Shown: positions 1-10,591 of the stretch, one piece after another | Numbering within the stretch: position 1 is the stretch's first letter | Layout of the letters: every line of letters starts with the position of its first letter | From: Candidatus Marinacidobacterales bacterium | GTDB lineage: Bacteria > Acidobacteriota > Vicinamibacteria > Marinacidobacterales > SMYC01 | NCBI GenBank assembly: GCA_965237955.1 | Contig: OZ250169.1 | Span: 2,592,001-2,656,000 of the forward strand | Reading direction: 5' to 3' | DNA: 64,000 nucleotides | Translations under genes and position numbers: made by a program | The notes under the pieces: generated by a model | Databases searched by the model: none | What the model was told of the DNA's origin: nothing | What the model saw: the letters and a program-made list of their open reading frames with translations, nothing else

Positions 1-2
1 AT

Positions 3-1526
3 GCGAGCGCGTGCCGCTCGCCGCTCGCCGTCTTTCAAGACCTTACTGCCCGGGCGGCCGCGGAAGGTTCGCGAGGTTCCGTGCTCATGGAAAGCGCGGC
101 CCAAGGAAGCCCCGGCGGAACGAGAAGTCTCGTCGTCCCTGCTGGTGTCGTGCGGCTTATCGCCCGCGGTCGCGACGTCAGCTTCGACGCGCTGTCCCCA
201 CAAGGAGCGCGACTTCTCCCCGCGCTCGGTGGGCTATCGCGGTTCCCCCGCGGCGTGGGCGCGCCGTCGCTGCCGGACGACGAACGACTCCGAGTGCCCA
301 CGGTTCTCGATGCGGTACGCGCGCTCGCGAATCTCGTCGAGGACGAAGAGCCGAAAGCGGCCTTGCCGCCAGGTGTCTACGGCGCGTTTTCTTACGAGCT
401 CGTCGACTGCTGGGAAGATCTGCCTCCCCGTCCCGCGGATCCTTGGCACGAGCCAGACATCAACGTCGTCCTCGCACTCGATACAATTCTCTTTGACCAC
501 TTGGCCGGGCACGTCCACGTGGTCACGCGCTCTTTGGATCGGTCGGAGGACGCTCTCCGTGACCAGCGGCACCAACGGTTCGTCGAAGCGCTGACGACGG
601 GCGCGCCCTCCACGAAAAACGACATGCCGCTTCCCCGAGTCTCCGACCAACCGGCAACGCCCGACGTCAGTGACGAAGAGTTTCTTCGGTCGGTCGAGAA
701 GTTCCTCCACCACATCGGGCGCGGTGACATCTTCCAGGGAGTTTTGTCGCGCGGTCTCGAAATGGAGAGCCGAGTTGACCCGCTCGCAGTGTACCGGGTG
801 CTGCGAAAGCAGAACCCATCGCCCTACATGTTCCACGTCGACCTGGGAGACGGCATCCTCCTCGGTGCATCGCCGGAGACATGCATTAAAGTCGAAGGCC
901 GCCGGCTCGAGATCCGCCCCATCGCGGGGACGGCCCCGCGGGGGTTTTCGGAAGACGGCACCCCAAACGGTACTATCCCTGGCTCAATCGATGCCGAGCT
1001 CGATTCGCGGCTTGCCGTAGGGCTCCTCCTCGACACCAAAGAACAAGCAGAGCACGCGATGCTCGTGGACCTCGCACGGAACGACGTCGCCCGGGTCGCG
1101 ATTCCCGGAACACGCCGCGTCGCCGAACCGTTTAGCATCGAGAAGTACAGCCATGTGCAACACCTCGTGAGCGCTGTGTTCGGCGAGCTTCGCCCCGAGC
1201 TCGACGCTCTCCATGCCTACCGCGCGGCGGCGAACATGGGAACGCTCACGGGAGCACCCAAGCTCCGGGCGATGGAGCTCATCCGCGAGACCGAGCCCTA
1301 CGCGCGCGGGTTCTACGGAGGTGCAGTGGGCTATCTGCTCCAGGACGGAAGCTTCGATAGCTGTATCGTGATCCGCTCGCTTCGCTACCGACCGCAAGGC
1401 ACCTACTCGACGCGCGCCGGGGCCGGTATCGTGGCGGATAGCATTCCCGAGCGAGAGCTCGAAGAGACCGCTCACAAAGCTCGCGCGTGCCGGCAAGCGG
1501 TGGCGATCGCCGAGGCGTGCTCATGA
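3..1526 (+). CDS. trpE: Anthranilate synthase component I (5' end lies before the window)
   Basis: Frame open from position 3; chorismate-binding motifs GDIFQGVLS, NPSPYMF, GASPE, PIAGT, EHAMLVDLARND, GTLTGAPKLRAM, GAGIVADS. Confidence 0.97.
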   Translation, partial: ASACRSPLAVFQDLTARAAAEGSRGSVLMESAAQGSPGGTRSLVVPAGVVRLIARGRDVSFDALSPQGARLLPALGGLSRFPRGVGAPSLPDDERLRVPTVLDAVRALANLVEDEEPKAALPPGVYGAFSYELVDCWEDLPPRPADPWHEPDINVVLALDTILFDHLAGHVHVVTRSLDRSEDALRDQRHQRFVEALTTGAPSTKNDMPLPRVSDQPATPDVSDEEFLRSVEKFLHHIGRGDIFQGVLSRGLEMESRVDPLAVYRVLRKQNPSPYMFHVDLGDGILLGASPETCIKVEGRRLEIRPIAGTAPRGFSEDGTPNGTIPGSIDAELDSRLAVGLLLDTKEQAEHAMLVDLARNDVARVAIPGTRRVAEPFSIEKYSHVQHLVSAVFGELRPELDALHAYRAAANMGTLTGAPKLRAMELIRETEPYARGFYGGAVGYLLQDGSFDSCIVIRSLRYRPQGTYSTRAGAGIVADSIPERELEETAHKARACRQAVAIAEACS

Positions 1527-2140
1527 GCTTGGCCGGAGGACGCGTGCTCGTGCTCGATAACCGCGACAGCTTCGTCTTCAATCTCGTCGACGAGTTCGCA
1601 TCACGGGGCTCGGCGACGCGCACGCTTCGAAGTAACCTCGCGCTTGCTGCGTTTCAGCATGCGCTCATCGATTTCGATCCGCACCTTGTCGTGCTGTCAC
1701 CAGGTCCGGGACGGCCCGAGGACGCGGGGGTGATGGTCGAATGGCTCCGTAGCGAACCGGATGTTCCCGTGCTCGGCATTTGTCTCGGTCATCAAGCGTT
1801 GGCGGTGGCGGCCGGCGGTGTCGTTTCTCGCGCGCCTCGCCCTGTTCACGGGCAAAAGAGTCTCATCGACATGACTCCCGACGAGCCGCTGTTCGAAGGG
1901 CTCGGGTCGACGTTGACCGCGGGCCGCTATCACAGCTTGGTCGTGACCGAAGTTCCGGAATCGATGAAGGTGATCGCGTCGACGAGAGACCGTGGCGAGA
2001 CGTTGGTGATGGCTTTACGGCATCGCCACCGGTGTCAGCTCGGGCTCCAGTTCCACCCGGAATCCATTCTGACGCCGTTGGGACGCAAACTACTCTGGCG
2101 TTTTTTCGACGAAGCCTATGGCTATGGAGACACACGATGA
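1523..2140 (+). CDS. trpG: Anthranilate synthase component II (class I glutamine amidotransferase)
   Basis: DNRDSF, SPGPG, GICLGHQ, RYHSL, QFHPES motifs; ATGA overlap with trpE stop. Confidence 0.96.
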   Translation: MSLAGGRVLVLDNRDSFVFNLVDEFASRGSATRTLRSNLALAAFQHALIDFDPHLVVLSPGPGRPEDAGVMVEWLRSEPDVPVLGICLGHQALAVAAGGVVSRAPRPVHGQKSLIDMTPDEPLFEGLGSTLTAGRYHSLVVTEVPESMKVIASTRDRGETLVMALRHRHRCQLGLQFHPESILTPLGRKLLWRFFDEAYGYGDTR

Positions 2141-3186
2141 TACCGGAATTGATCGAGAGACTTCTCGGGGGTGAGTCCGCCGATCCGAAAGCCCTCGAAG
2201 ATGCGTTGCACCGCATCATGATGGGTGAAGTGCCGCAGCTGCAGACCGCGGGACTCCTCGTGGCGCTTCGAGTTCGAGAGCCGGACGCACCCACCCTCGC
2301 GGCCTGTGCTCGCGCCATGCGGGCGCACCGACTGGCGGTGCAAACCGAAGTGCAGCCGTTGATCGACACATGCGGTACCGGGGGCGATCGCACCGGGAGC
2401 TTCAATATTTCGACCGCGGCTGCACTCGTCGTCGCCGCTTGCGGAGGCGCCGTCGCCAAGCATGGGAACCGAAGTGTCTCGTCGAAGGCCGGAAGCGCGG
2501 ACGTGTTGGAAGCGAGTGGCGCGGTGTTGAGCCTCGGACCGAAGGAAGTCAGCACTTGCCTCGACTCGACCGGGTTTGCGTTTCTCTTCGCTCCCGTGTT
2601 CCATCCGGCGATGGCGAATGTCGCACCCGTCCGGAAAGCGCTCGGGGTACGCACGTTGTTCAACTTGCTCGGCCCTCTTGCGAACCCGGCACTCGCCCAG
2701 CGCCAACTCATGGGCGTGTACGACCCGAGCATGACTAAAGTGATGGCAGAGGCTCTCTTGGAGCTCGGAACCGAAAGTTCTCTCGTCATCCACTGCGAAG
2801 GGCTCGACGAGCTCGGTCTTCATGGCGTCACCCGGGGGCATTTTGTGAACGACGGTAAGGTAGAAGCGTTCATGCTTGATCCCAAGGAGCTCGACCTCGA
2901 GCGGGCCGGCATCGATGCGCTTTCGGGGGGCGAGGCGGAGGAGAACAAGACGATCCTCGAGGCGGTGCTGAACGGAGAGGAGGGTCCGAAAGCGGATGTC
3001 GTCGCTTTGAACGCGGCGGCCGCGCTCGGGGTTGGAGGATTGACGCGCGATCTCGCCGAAGGTCTCGACGTCGCCCGGGACGTCCTGAAAAACGGGGGCG
3101 CTTGGCGGGTTCTGACTCGCTACACCGAGACCAGTCAACGACTCGCCGCGGGAGCGCCGGGAAACGCTGAAAACGGGAAGAGCTGA
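2137..3186 (+). CDS. trpD: Anthranilate phosphoribosyltransferase
   Basis: DTCGTGGD, NISTA, KHGNRSVSSKAGSAD, RTLFNLLGPLANP motifs; ATGA overlap with trpG. Confidence 0.97.
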   Translation: MIPELIERLLGGESADPKALEDALHRIMMGEVPQLQTAGLLVALRVREPDAPTLAACARAMRAHRLAVQTEVQPLIDTCGTGGDRTGSFNISTAAALVVAACGGAVAKHGNRSVSSKAGSADVLEASGAVLSLGPKEVSTCLDSTGFAFLFAPVFHPAMANVAPVRKALGVRTLFNLLGPLANPALAQRQLMGVYDPSMTKVMAEALLELGTESSLVIHCEGLDELGLHGVTRGHFVNDGKVEAFMLDPKELDLERAGIDALSGGEAEENKTILEAVLNGEEGPKADVVALNAAAALGVGGLTRDLAEGLDVARDVLKNGGAWRVLTRYTETSQRLAAGAPGNAENGKS

Positions 3187-4004
3187 TGGGACTCCCTGGA
3201 CATATCGACGAGCTCATCCGAAGCGCACGCGAGCGCGCCCGGAAGCTTCCCGAGCGTATGCCAAAAGCTCGGCCCGAGCGCCCGAGCTTCATCGAAGCGG
3301 TTCGAGGAAAGGCGAAGCTCGATGTCATCGCGGAGTACAAGCAGAAGAGCCCGAGTCTCGGCGACATCGCGGAGCGTAGTTTGACCGAGCAGGTCGGCCG
3401 CTATGAGAAAGCAGGAGCGGCTGCACTCAGCGTGCTCACCGAGCCGACGCGCTTTAAAGGCTCCTACCACGACCTCGAAACCGCGACCGAGACCGTCGCC
3501 CTTCCGGTGCTCATGAAGGATTTCGTCGTCGATCCCGCTCAAGTACGCGAAGCGGCGTATCTCGGAGCGAGTGCGGTGCTTTTCATCGTGCGATGCCTGT
3601 CGCCGGTCGAGCTCTCCGAGCTCGCGCACGCCGCGAGCGAGCTCGGCCTCACGCCGCTCGTCGAGTGCCACGACGCGAGCGAGATCGAAAGCGCTCTCGA
3701 CATCGAAAGCGCCGTCATCGGTGTCAACAATCGCGACCTCGACACCCTCGAGATCGATCGCGACCTCGCAACCCGGCTTCTCTCCGAAGTTCCCGACGAT
3801 CGGGTCGTCGTCGCCGAGAGCGGTTATCTCACCGCGGACGACGTTCGGGACGTACGCGGTGTGGCCGATGCCGTCCTCATCGGCTCGGCCCTGATGAAGC
3901 TCGACGATCCTGCGCTGCTCATCGAGCAGGTCATTCATGCCGGGCATGCCCGTCATGCCCGTCATGAATATCCCGACGGCTCGGGGCAAGAGGGTCGATC
4001 GTGA
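3186..4004 (+). CDS. trpC: Indole-3-glycerol phosphate synthase
   Basis: IAEYKQKSPS, LSVLTE, KDF, GVNNRDL, VAESG, LIGSALM; operon position. Confidence 0.96.
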   Translation: MGLPGHIDELIRSARERARKLPERMPKARPERPSFIEAVRGKAKLDVIAEYKQKSPSLGDIAERSLTEQVGRYEKAGAAALSVLTEPTRFKGSYHDLETATETVALPVLMKDFVVDPAQVREAAYLGASAVLFIVRCLSPVELSELAHAASELGLTPLVECHDASEIESALDIESAVIGVNNRDLDTLEIDRDLATRLLSEVPDDRVVVAESGYLTADDVRDVRGVADAVLIGSALMKLDDPALLIEQVIHAGHARHARHEYPDGSGQEGRS

Positions 4005-4606
4005 AGCCACTCATCAAGATATGTGGACTGACGCGTCCCGAGGATGCACGCCTCGCGGTCGCTCTCGGAGCGACTCACATCGGCGCGGTGCGAACCGAAT
4101 CCTCACCCCGATGGGTGAGTGCGGCGCATGCGCGCGACGTTTTCGCCGCGGCAGAGGGAAAAGCGGAAACCGTGTTCGTCTTCAAAGATATTCCCGTGCG
4201 ACAAGTGATCGAAGATGCGAAGGTGTCGGGTGCGAGGGGCGTTCAACTCTACGACGCGAGCGACGACGACGTGCGCGCGCTCGCCTCGGAGGGATATCGC
4301 GTGTATCGGGTGTACCGGATGGAACAAGACTCGTCGAGCTTGCCGCGATTCGAACGCCCCCCCAACGAGGCCCAACCCGCGTTGCTCGACGTCGGCGGGG
4401 GTGGATCAGGACGCCGTTTCGACTGGACGCTCTTGGGTGAGCGGGCTCCACGGGCGACGTTCATCGCGGGCGGCATTCGCCCCGATAACGTCCGCGCGCT
4501 CTTGAAACACCGGCCGTACGGCATCGATCTCGCGAGCGGCGTCGAGAGTGCGCCTGGCGTAAAAGACGGGACCAAACTTAGAGCGCTCTTCGAGGAGGTG
4601 TCGTGA
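4001..4606 (+). CDS. trpF: Phosphoribosylanthranilate isomerase
   Basis: [34 protein letters not shown]; GTGA overlap. Confidence 0.95.
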   Translation: MKPLIKICGLTRPEDARLAVALGATHIGAVRTESSPRWVSAAHARDVFAAAEGKAETVFVFKDIPVRQVIEDAKVSGARGVQLYDASDDDVRALASEGYRVYRVYRMEQDSSSLPRFERPPNEAQPALLDVGGGGSGRRFDWTLLGERAPRATFIAGGIRPDNVRALLKHRPYGIDLASGVESAPGVKDGTKLRALFEEVS

Positions 4607-5820
4607 TGGCGAGCGCGAGAGCAAGCTCAGTCCTACCGCGCATCGGCGCGTTTGGTGAATACGGCGGCCGCTATGTACCGGAGCTCCTCGTGCCCGCGCT
4701 GGTCGAGCTCGAGCGGGCGAGAAAAGAGATCGTGCCGAGCCGCGAATTCAAGAAAGCACTCACCGAATTGCTCGACCAGTGGGCGGGACGCCCTACGCCT
4801 CTGACGAGCGCGCCTCGGTTTTCCGAAGCGTGCGAGCTCGACGTAATCATGAAGCGGGAAGACCTCCTTCACGGCGGCGCCCACAAGACCAACAATGTCG
4901 CCGGCCAGGCGCTCATGACGAAGTTCATGGGAAAGCGCCGCGTCATTGCCGAGACCGGTGCCGGACAACACGGGACCGCCACCGCGATGGCGGCAGCGCG
5001 GCTCGGTCTCGACGCCGTCGTCTACATGGGCGAGAAGGACATGGAACGCCAGGCGCCGAACGTGAAACGCATGGAGTTGTGCGGCGCCGAGGTTATCCCC
5101 GTCCGTAGCGGCGCACGCACATTGAAGGACGCCATCAACGAGGCACTTCGAGACTGGACCGAGAATGTCGAGTCGACGCACTACCTTCTCGGCACCGTCT
5201 GTGGGCCTCATCCGTTCCCTCGACTCGTCCGCGATTTTCAGGCGGTCATTGGGCGCGAGGCGATGCCGCAATGGAAAAAGCTCAAAGGTGGGCTTCCCGA
5301 CGCGGTGATCGCGTGCGTGGGGGGCGGCAGCAACGCCATGGGGATCTTCCATGCGTTTGTTCCCAAAAAGCGCGTTCAGCTCATCGGCGTGGAGCCGGGC
5401 GGGCGTGGGATCGACACTGGACGCCACGGCGCGACACTCGTGGCCGGTACCGCTGGTCTCCTCCACGGAGCGCGCACGAGCGTCCTCCAAGACGACGAAG
5501 GTCAAATCCTCGAGGCCCACAGTGTTTCCGCCGGGCTCGACTATCCCGGCGTGGGACCGGAGCACGCTTACTTGCGGGATACGGGCCGGGCCCGCTATCT
5601 CGCCATCAACGATGACGAAGCGCTCGACGCCTTCGAGAAACTCTCCGAGCTCGAAGGGATCATCCCGGCGTTCGAGCCCGCGCACGCTCTCGCGTTCTTG
5701 TTGAAGGCGGTCCGAGAGCGAGAGCTTCCGCCGAGCGCGCGCGTTCTCATGAACCTTTGTGGGCGTGGGGACAAAGACCTAGACAACTACTTGGAGCACT
5801 ACGCGCGGAGGAACGCATGA
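4603..5820 (+). CDS. trpB: Tryptophan synthase beta chain
   Basis: [15 protein letters not shown] (PLP lysine), [38 protein letters not shown]. Confidence 0.98.
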   Translation: MMASARASSVLPRIGAFGEYGGRYVPELLVPALVELERARKEIVPSREFKKALTELLDQWAGRPTPLTSAPRFSEACELDVIMKREDLLHGGAHKTNNVAGQALMTKFMGKRRVIAETGAGQHGTATAMAAARLGLDAVVYMGEKDMERQAPNVKRMELCGAEVIPVRSGARTLKDAINEALRDWTENVESTHYLLGTVCGPHPFPRLVRDFQAVIGREAMPQWKKLKGGLPDAVIACVGGGSNAMGIFHAFVPKKRVQLIGVEPGGRGIDTGRHGATLVAGTAGLLHGARTSVLQDDEGQILEAHSVSAGLDYPGVGPEHAYLRDTGRARYLAINDDEALDAFEKLSELEGIIPAFEPAHALAFLLKAVRERELPPSARVLMNLCGRGDKDLDNYLEHYARRNA

Positions 5821-6608
5821 GCCGATCCAAAGTGAAGCGACTCCTGCGGGACGCGCCCCAAGTGAGCCCGTTCCTGGTCCTCGGCGATCCGACCCCGGAG
5901 CTTTCTCTCGAGCTCGCGAAGACGTCCGTCGCGTGCGGTTGCGGCATGATCGAGCTCGGCTTCCCTTACAGCGATCCCGTTGCCGACGGCCCCGCCATCC
6001 AACAAGCCGACATGCGCGCGCTCGAAAACGGCACATCGACGTCGAAGGCGATGGCGATTCTCGGCCGTATTCGAGACGCTTGCCCCAAAACCCCGTTGAA
6101 CCTTCTCGTCTACGCGAATCTCGTCCACGCGCGCGGCTTCGATCGTTTTTGCAAGGATGCCGCGGACGCGGGCGCGTCGTCTCTCCTGGTACCGGACGTG
6201 TGTCTCGAGGAGAGCGCTCCGCTCAAAAAGGCTTGTCGCAAAGCGGGTCTCGGTCACGTTCAGCTCATAGGCCCTCTCACTTCACGCGAACGGCTGAAGC
6301 GCATCGACGCCGCGGCCACGAGCTTCATCTATCTCGTCGCCCATCAGGGCGTCACCGGCGTGCGCGGTGGGGGCTTCGATGGCGTCGAAGCGCTCGTCGG
6401 GCGTACCGCGTGGCAGTTGCAGAACCCGCTTTGCGTCGGATTCGGTTTGTCGAAGCCGGAACAGATCCGGCGAGTGTTTGCCGCGGGTGCGCGGCTTGCC
6501 GTTGTGGGGAGTTACCTCGCAAACGTCATCGGCGAAAGCGCCCGAGGCGATCACTTGCTCACCGCGTTCTCTGAGGCGCTCGAGCCGTTGGTTACCGCGG
6601 CCGAGTGA
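5817..6608 (+). CDS. trpA: Tryptophan synthase alpha chain
   Basis: [31 protein letters not shown]; ATGA overlap with trpB. Confidence 0.97.
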   Translation: MSRSKVKRLLRDAPQVSPFLVLGDPTPELSLELAKTSVACGCGMIELGFPYSDPVADGPAIQQADMRALENGTSTSKAMAILGRIRDACPKTPLNLLVYANLVHARGFDRFCKDAADAGASSLLVPDVCLEESAPLKKACRKAGLGHVQLIGPLTSRERLKRIDAAATSFIYLVAHQGVTGVRGGGFDGVEALVGRTAWQLQNPLCVGFGLSKPEQIRRVFAAGARLAVVGSYLANVIGESARGDHLLTAFSEALEPLVTAAE

Positions 6609-6626
6609 GAAAGAAAGGAAAGCAGC

Positions 6627-7667
6627 ATGTTGGTCATCATGCGAAAGGACAGTAGCGAGCAGCAAACCGACGCCGTCGAGGAGCAAATCCGGCGGATGGG
6701 TTACACGCCGCTCCCGGTGCCGGGTGAAAACCGCACCGCGATTTGCGTCACCGGCAACAAAGGACCGGTCGAGTCGGCGCTCTTGAGTCAGATGCCCGGC
6801 GTTCTCGAATGCATTCCAGTGACGAAGCCCTACAAGCTCGTGAGCCGGGAGGTCCATCCCGAGGATACGGTGGTGCGGGTTTCCAACGTCGAGGTCGGAG
6901 GCGAATCCCCTCCGGTTACGTTCATCGCCGGACCGTGCAGCGTGGAAACCGAATCACGTACGCTCGAAGTCGCTCGGCGGGTCCGGGCGGCCGGTGCACA
7001 CATCTTCCGTGCGGGGGCGTACAAGCCGCGGACGAGCCCGTACTCGTTCCAGGGTCTAGGCGAGGAAGGCTTGCATACGTTGCGGCGGGTGAAAGAAGAG
7101 TACGATCTTCCGGTCGTGAGCGAGGTCATCGACTCGTCGCTCGCCGAAAAAGTCGCCGAGCACGTCGACATCCTTCAAGTCGGCGCGCGCAACATGCAGA
7201 ACTTCACGCTCCTGAAAAAGTTGGGCGAGTTGAAGCGGCCGGTGCTTCTCAAGCGCGGTATCTCGGCGACGCTCGAGGAGTGGCTGATGGCGGCCGAGTA
7301 TCTTCTCGCGGAGGGCAACCCGAACGTAATCTTGTGCGAGCGCGGAGTACGCACGTTCAACAACCATTCACGGAACACGCTCGATCTGAACGTCGTCCCG
7401 CTGGTGCGGAAGATAACGCACTTGCCGGTACTCGTGGATCCATCGCATGGTGTGGGAAAGCGCGACCGGGTGAGGCCCCTCGCGCGCGCCGGCCTCGCCG
7501 CCGGCGCTCACGGGTTGATGATGGAAGTGCATACGCATCCCGACACCGCGTATTCCGACGCCCACCAAACGATCGACGTGGAGACGTTCGAAGGGATCGT
7601 GAAGGATGCGTCGATCTTGAACCAGCTGGAAGGCTTGTTCGAACCTGTAGTCGTCGCAAAAAAATAA
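6627..7667 (+). CDS. aroF: DAHP synthase (type I-beta) with N-terminal regulatory domain
   Basis: IAGPCSVE, KPRTSPYSFQG, QVGARNMQNF, LLKRG, CERG, DPSH motifs; AAGGA RBS. Confidence 0.95.
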   Translation: MLVIMRKDSSEQQTDAVEEQIRRMGYTPLPVPGENRTAICVTGNKGPVESALLSQMPGVLECIPVTKPYKLVSREVHPEDTVVRVSNVEVGGESPPVTFIAGPCSVETESRTLEVARRVRAAGAHIFRAGAYKPRTSPYSFQGLGEEGLHTLRRVKEEYDLPVVSEVIDSSLAEKVAEHVDILQVGARNMQNFTLLKKLGELKRPVLLKRGISATLEEWLMAAEYLLAEGNPNVILCERGVRTFNNHSRNTLDLNVVPLVRKITHLPVLVDPSHGVGKRDRVRPLARAGLAAGAHGLMMEVHTHPDTAYSDAHQTIDVETFEGIVKDASILNQLEGLFEPVVVAKK

Positions 7668-7799
7668 CGCAAAGGCGCAAAGTCGCGGAGACGCAAGGAA
7701 AGATCAGGATCTGAACAGCTCTTCCACGGGCAGAGACCAAAGAGAGCATCAGCGCCCAAGGCGCTCCACTTTGCGCCCTTGCGACTCTGCGCCTTTGCG
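7668..7799. repeat. REP-like inverted repeat built from 8-nt CGCA(A/G)AG(G) units
   Basis: Imperfect 31-nt arms at 7668-7698 and 7769-7799 between the convergent aroF and fabZ-like genes. Confidence 0.8.
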
Positions 7800-7817
7800 G
7801 TTTGTGCTTTTGAGGGT

Positions 7818-8246
7818 TCAGCCGAGCGCGAAGCTCATTACGCCCTTGGCCGCCATGGTGCCGTCCACGTACGCCGTCACCGCGAGAACTCCAAAGCGTG
7901 CTCGCATCCTGCGCACCTCGGCTTCGATGCGAACCGTCTGGCCGAGGGCGACGGGATCGTTGAATTCCGCTCCCTCGATCGCGCGAAAGTAGATCGTCCG
8001 CCCGCGATTCTCCTCGGGGTGCAGCACCAGGATCGCCCCGACCTGAGCCATGGCTTCGGCGAGCACCGTCGCCGGCAAGAACACGCCGTCGTCGCGTCTC
8101 GAGAGAAAGCGGATAGCGTCGTTGACGCCGAGCTCGCCGACGATTCGCTTGCCGTCTTCGATCTCGATGACCGAATCGACGAACAGAAACGGTTCGCGGT
8201 GCGGGAGGATGTTCTCTATGTCCGCGCGATCGAGATGGGTTGTCAC
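7818..8246 (-). CDS. FabZ-like hotdog-fold (3-hydroxyacyl-ACP dehydratase family) protein
   Basis: LPHREPFLFVD and EAMAQ motifs; the usual GHFP motif is absent. Confidence 0.85.
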   Translation of the reverse strand: MTTHLDRADIENILPHREPFLFVDSVIEIEDGKRIVGELGVNDAIRFLSRRDDGVFLPATVLAEAMAQVGAILVLHPEENRGRTIYFRAIEGAEFNDPVALGQTVRIEAEVRRMRARFGVLAVTAYVDGTMAAKGVMSFALG

Positions 8247-8440
8247 AGGCTTGTCCAGTTTCGGGCCAGTTTCTGAAATCGCGTCGAGAAGAACTATAGC
8301 ACGGAACGTGGTTGGGTTCTAGACTTGCCGTTCCACAAGTGGCTTGTTTTGTAATGGTTGTAGGCTCCTGTGGAGCCTAAAGGTGGCCGACAGTTTGCCG
8401 ATAAGACGATCGCGCCGTCTCGTCCTCTGTGTAGCCGATC

Positions 8441-10520
8441 ATGCGACCCCGAGAAACCTTCATTGCCGCCGCTATTGCAATCGTTGCGAGCGTTGCGACA
8501 CTCGGTCTTGCTCCGGTTTTGCCCGATGCTGTTGCGGTCATCGTCGCGGTGGCAGCGTCCGTGCTCGCCGTCGGGATCGGTCGTCGTTTCCTGAAACGCG
8601 GCCGCGTCGATCGAGCCTCGATATCTCTCGCGAACATCAGTCACGAGATCCGAACGCCGTTGAACGGTATCCTGGGCTTGACCCAACTACTCATGAGGAT
8701 GCGGCCGACGATCCAGCAAGCGGGAGTACCTCGAAGCGATCAAATCCTCCGGGCAATCGCTGCTGCGGCTCATCAACGATATTCTCGACTATTCGAAAAT
8801 GCGATCGGGGGCGCTCAGGTTCGAGCACGATTCGTTTCCGCTGCGCAAGTCGGTGCGCGATACCGTGCGCGGCCTCGCCCCACAAGCACACCTCTCCGGA
8901 CTCGAGCTCGCGTTCTGGGTCGAGCCCGACGTGCCCGAAGATCTCGTCGGGGACCCGAGCCGGCTCGGTCAAGTCCTGACGAACTTGCTCGTGAACGCGA
9001 TCAAGTACACCCAGGTCGGAGAGGTCGCTCTTGCGGTGTCGCTCGAGAGCCTCGACGACGTTGCCGCTCTCGTGCGCTTTAGTGTCTCGGATACCGGCGT
9101 CGGTGTTCCCGAGGGACAGCGAGGAACCATCTTCGATGCGTTCGCTCAAGGTTCACAAACGCGGTCGGCTACCGTCGATGAGGGTGGGGTGGGATTGGGC
9201 CTCGCCATCGCGAAGGACCTGGTAGAGCGCATGGGCGGTGAGATCGGGATCGAAGCTTCCGCGAGCGGCGGAAGCACGTTCTACTTCACCGCACGCTTCG
9301 AGCTGCCTGCCGGCGGCGCGATCGGCGACGATACCGCTCCGACCGATCCCCTCCCCGGGTTCGCAGTCCTCGTCATCGACGATAGCCCCGCGCAGCGGAC
9401 CGCGCTCGAAAAGCAGATGAAGGCGTGGGGGTTTTTGGTCACCACCGCGTGCGACGAAGCTTCGAGTCTCGAGGCCATGAAACGCGATGGGCCGTTCTCC
9501 TTTCTCCTCGTCGATTCTCACATCCCCGGCGTCGATGTTTGGGCTTTGGCAGCGAAGCTCCAGAAGCGACATCCGACGCCCGGGGTGTTGATGACGCTGG
9601 CTCACGAGCACGTCGACACCGAGGTCCTGCGTGCACATGGATTCCACGGACACCTGACGAAGCCGCTCGCGCCGACGCACCTGCTTCGAGCCATCGAGAT
9701 CATCCGCCGTGGCGCTACCGTCGAGTCACCAGAAGATGTCCAGACGCACAACATGGACCGGCTTGCTCTCGGCGGCATCCGCGTGCTCCTGGCCGAAGAC
9801 CATCCGGTCAACCGCACCGTCGTCGTCAGCATGCTCGAGCGGATCGGCTGCCACGTGATCGCAGTGACGAACGGGCAAGAAGCGCTCGAGCGCCTCAAGC
9901 CCGAGCGGCGCGAGCGGTTCGATCTGGCGCTCGTCGATGTGCAGATGCCGGAAGTCGACGGGCTAGAGCTCGCCCGCGCGATCCGAGCCCGAGAAGCCGT
10001 TACCGGCGATCATCTTCCTCTCATCGCCGTCACCGCTCACGCGCGCGAAGCCGACCGCGACCGCTGCCGCCACGCAGGCATGGATGCGTTCTTGTCCAAG
10101 CCTTTTGAAGAGGAGGAGCTCGTCTCACTCATGAGGCAGTGCTTGGCGGAGCCCAACCGGAGCGTTTCCGTACCGCGCTTCGATCGCGCTTCCGCGTTGG
10201 TTCGAGCCAACGGGGATGTCGATCTCCTGGCAGAACTTTCGACGCTTTTTCTCGAGGAGACCCCCCAGACGTTCGGGGCGATCGAAGCCGCGCTCGCCGC
10301 CTGTGACGACGTAGCCGTAGAACGGCTTGCGCACCGTCTCAAAGGCGCGCTCTTGACGCTGTCAGCGGAGCGCGCCGCGAAGATTGCGCTCACGCTCGAG
10401 AGGATGGCGCGCACGAGCTCCCCCGCGGAGTGCGAAGCGGTTCTAGGTCAGCTTGCCACAGAGCTCGAGCACCTCACCCCCGAGCTCGAAGCGCTAGCCG
10501 CGTCGGTAGAATCGCGGTAA
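8441..10520 (+). pseudogene. Hybrid sensor histidine kinase (TM-HisKA-HATPase-REC-REC-HPt), frameshifted near 8718
   Basis: SHEIRTPLNGI in the first frame; REYLEAIKSSGQSLLRLINDILDYSK, NAIKY, GVGLGL, two receivers and AHRLKG in the second frame; one extra base in CAGCAAGCGG (may be a sequencing error). Confidence 0.88.
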
Positions 10521-10591
10521 CCGCTCGTCATCTTGTTCGCGCGCGCGCGTTACAAGCCATGCTCGAAACCGGACGCGGTCTCCTCTAATAT

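Noticed and set aside
1-80. trp leader or attenuator
   Set aside because: This stretch is inside the trpE reading frame; any leader lies upstream of the window
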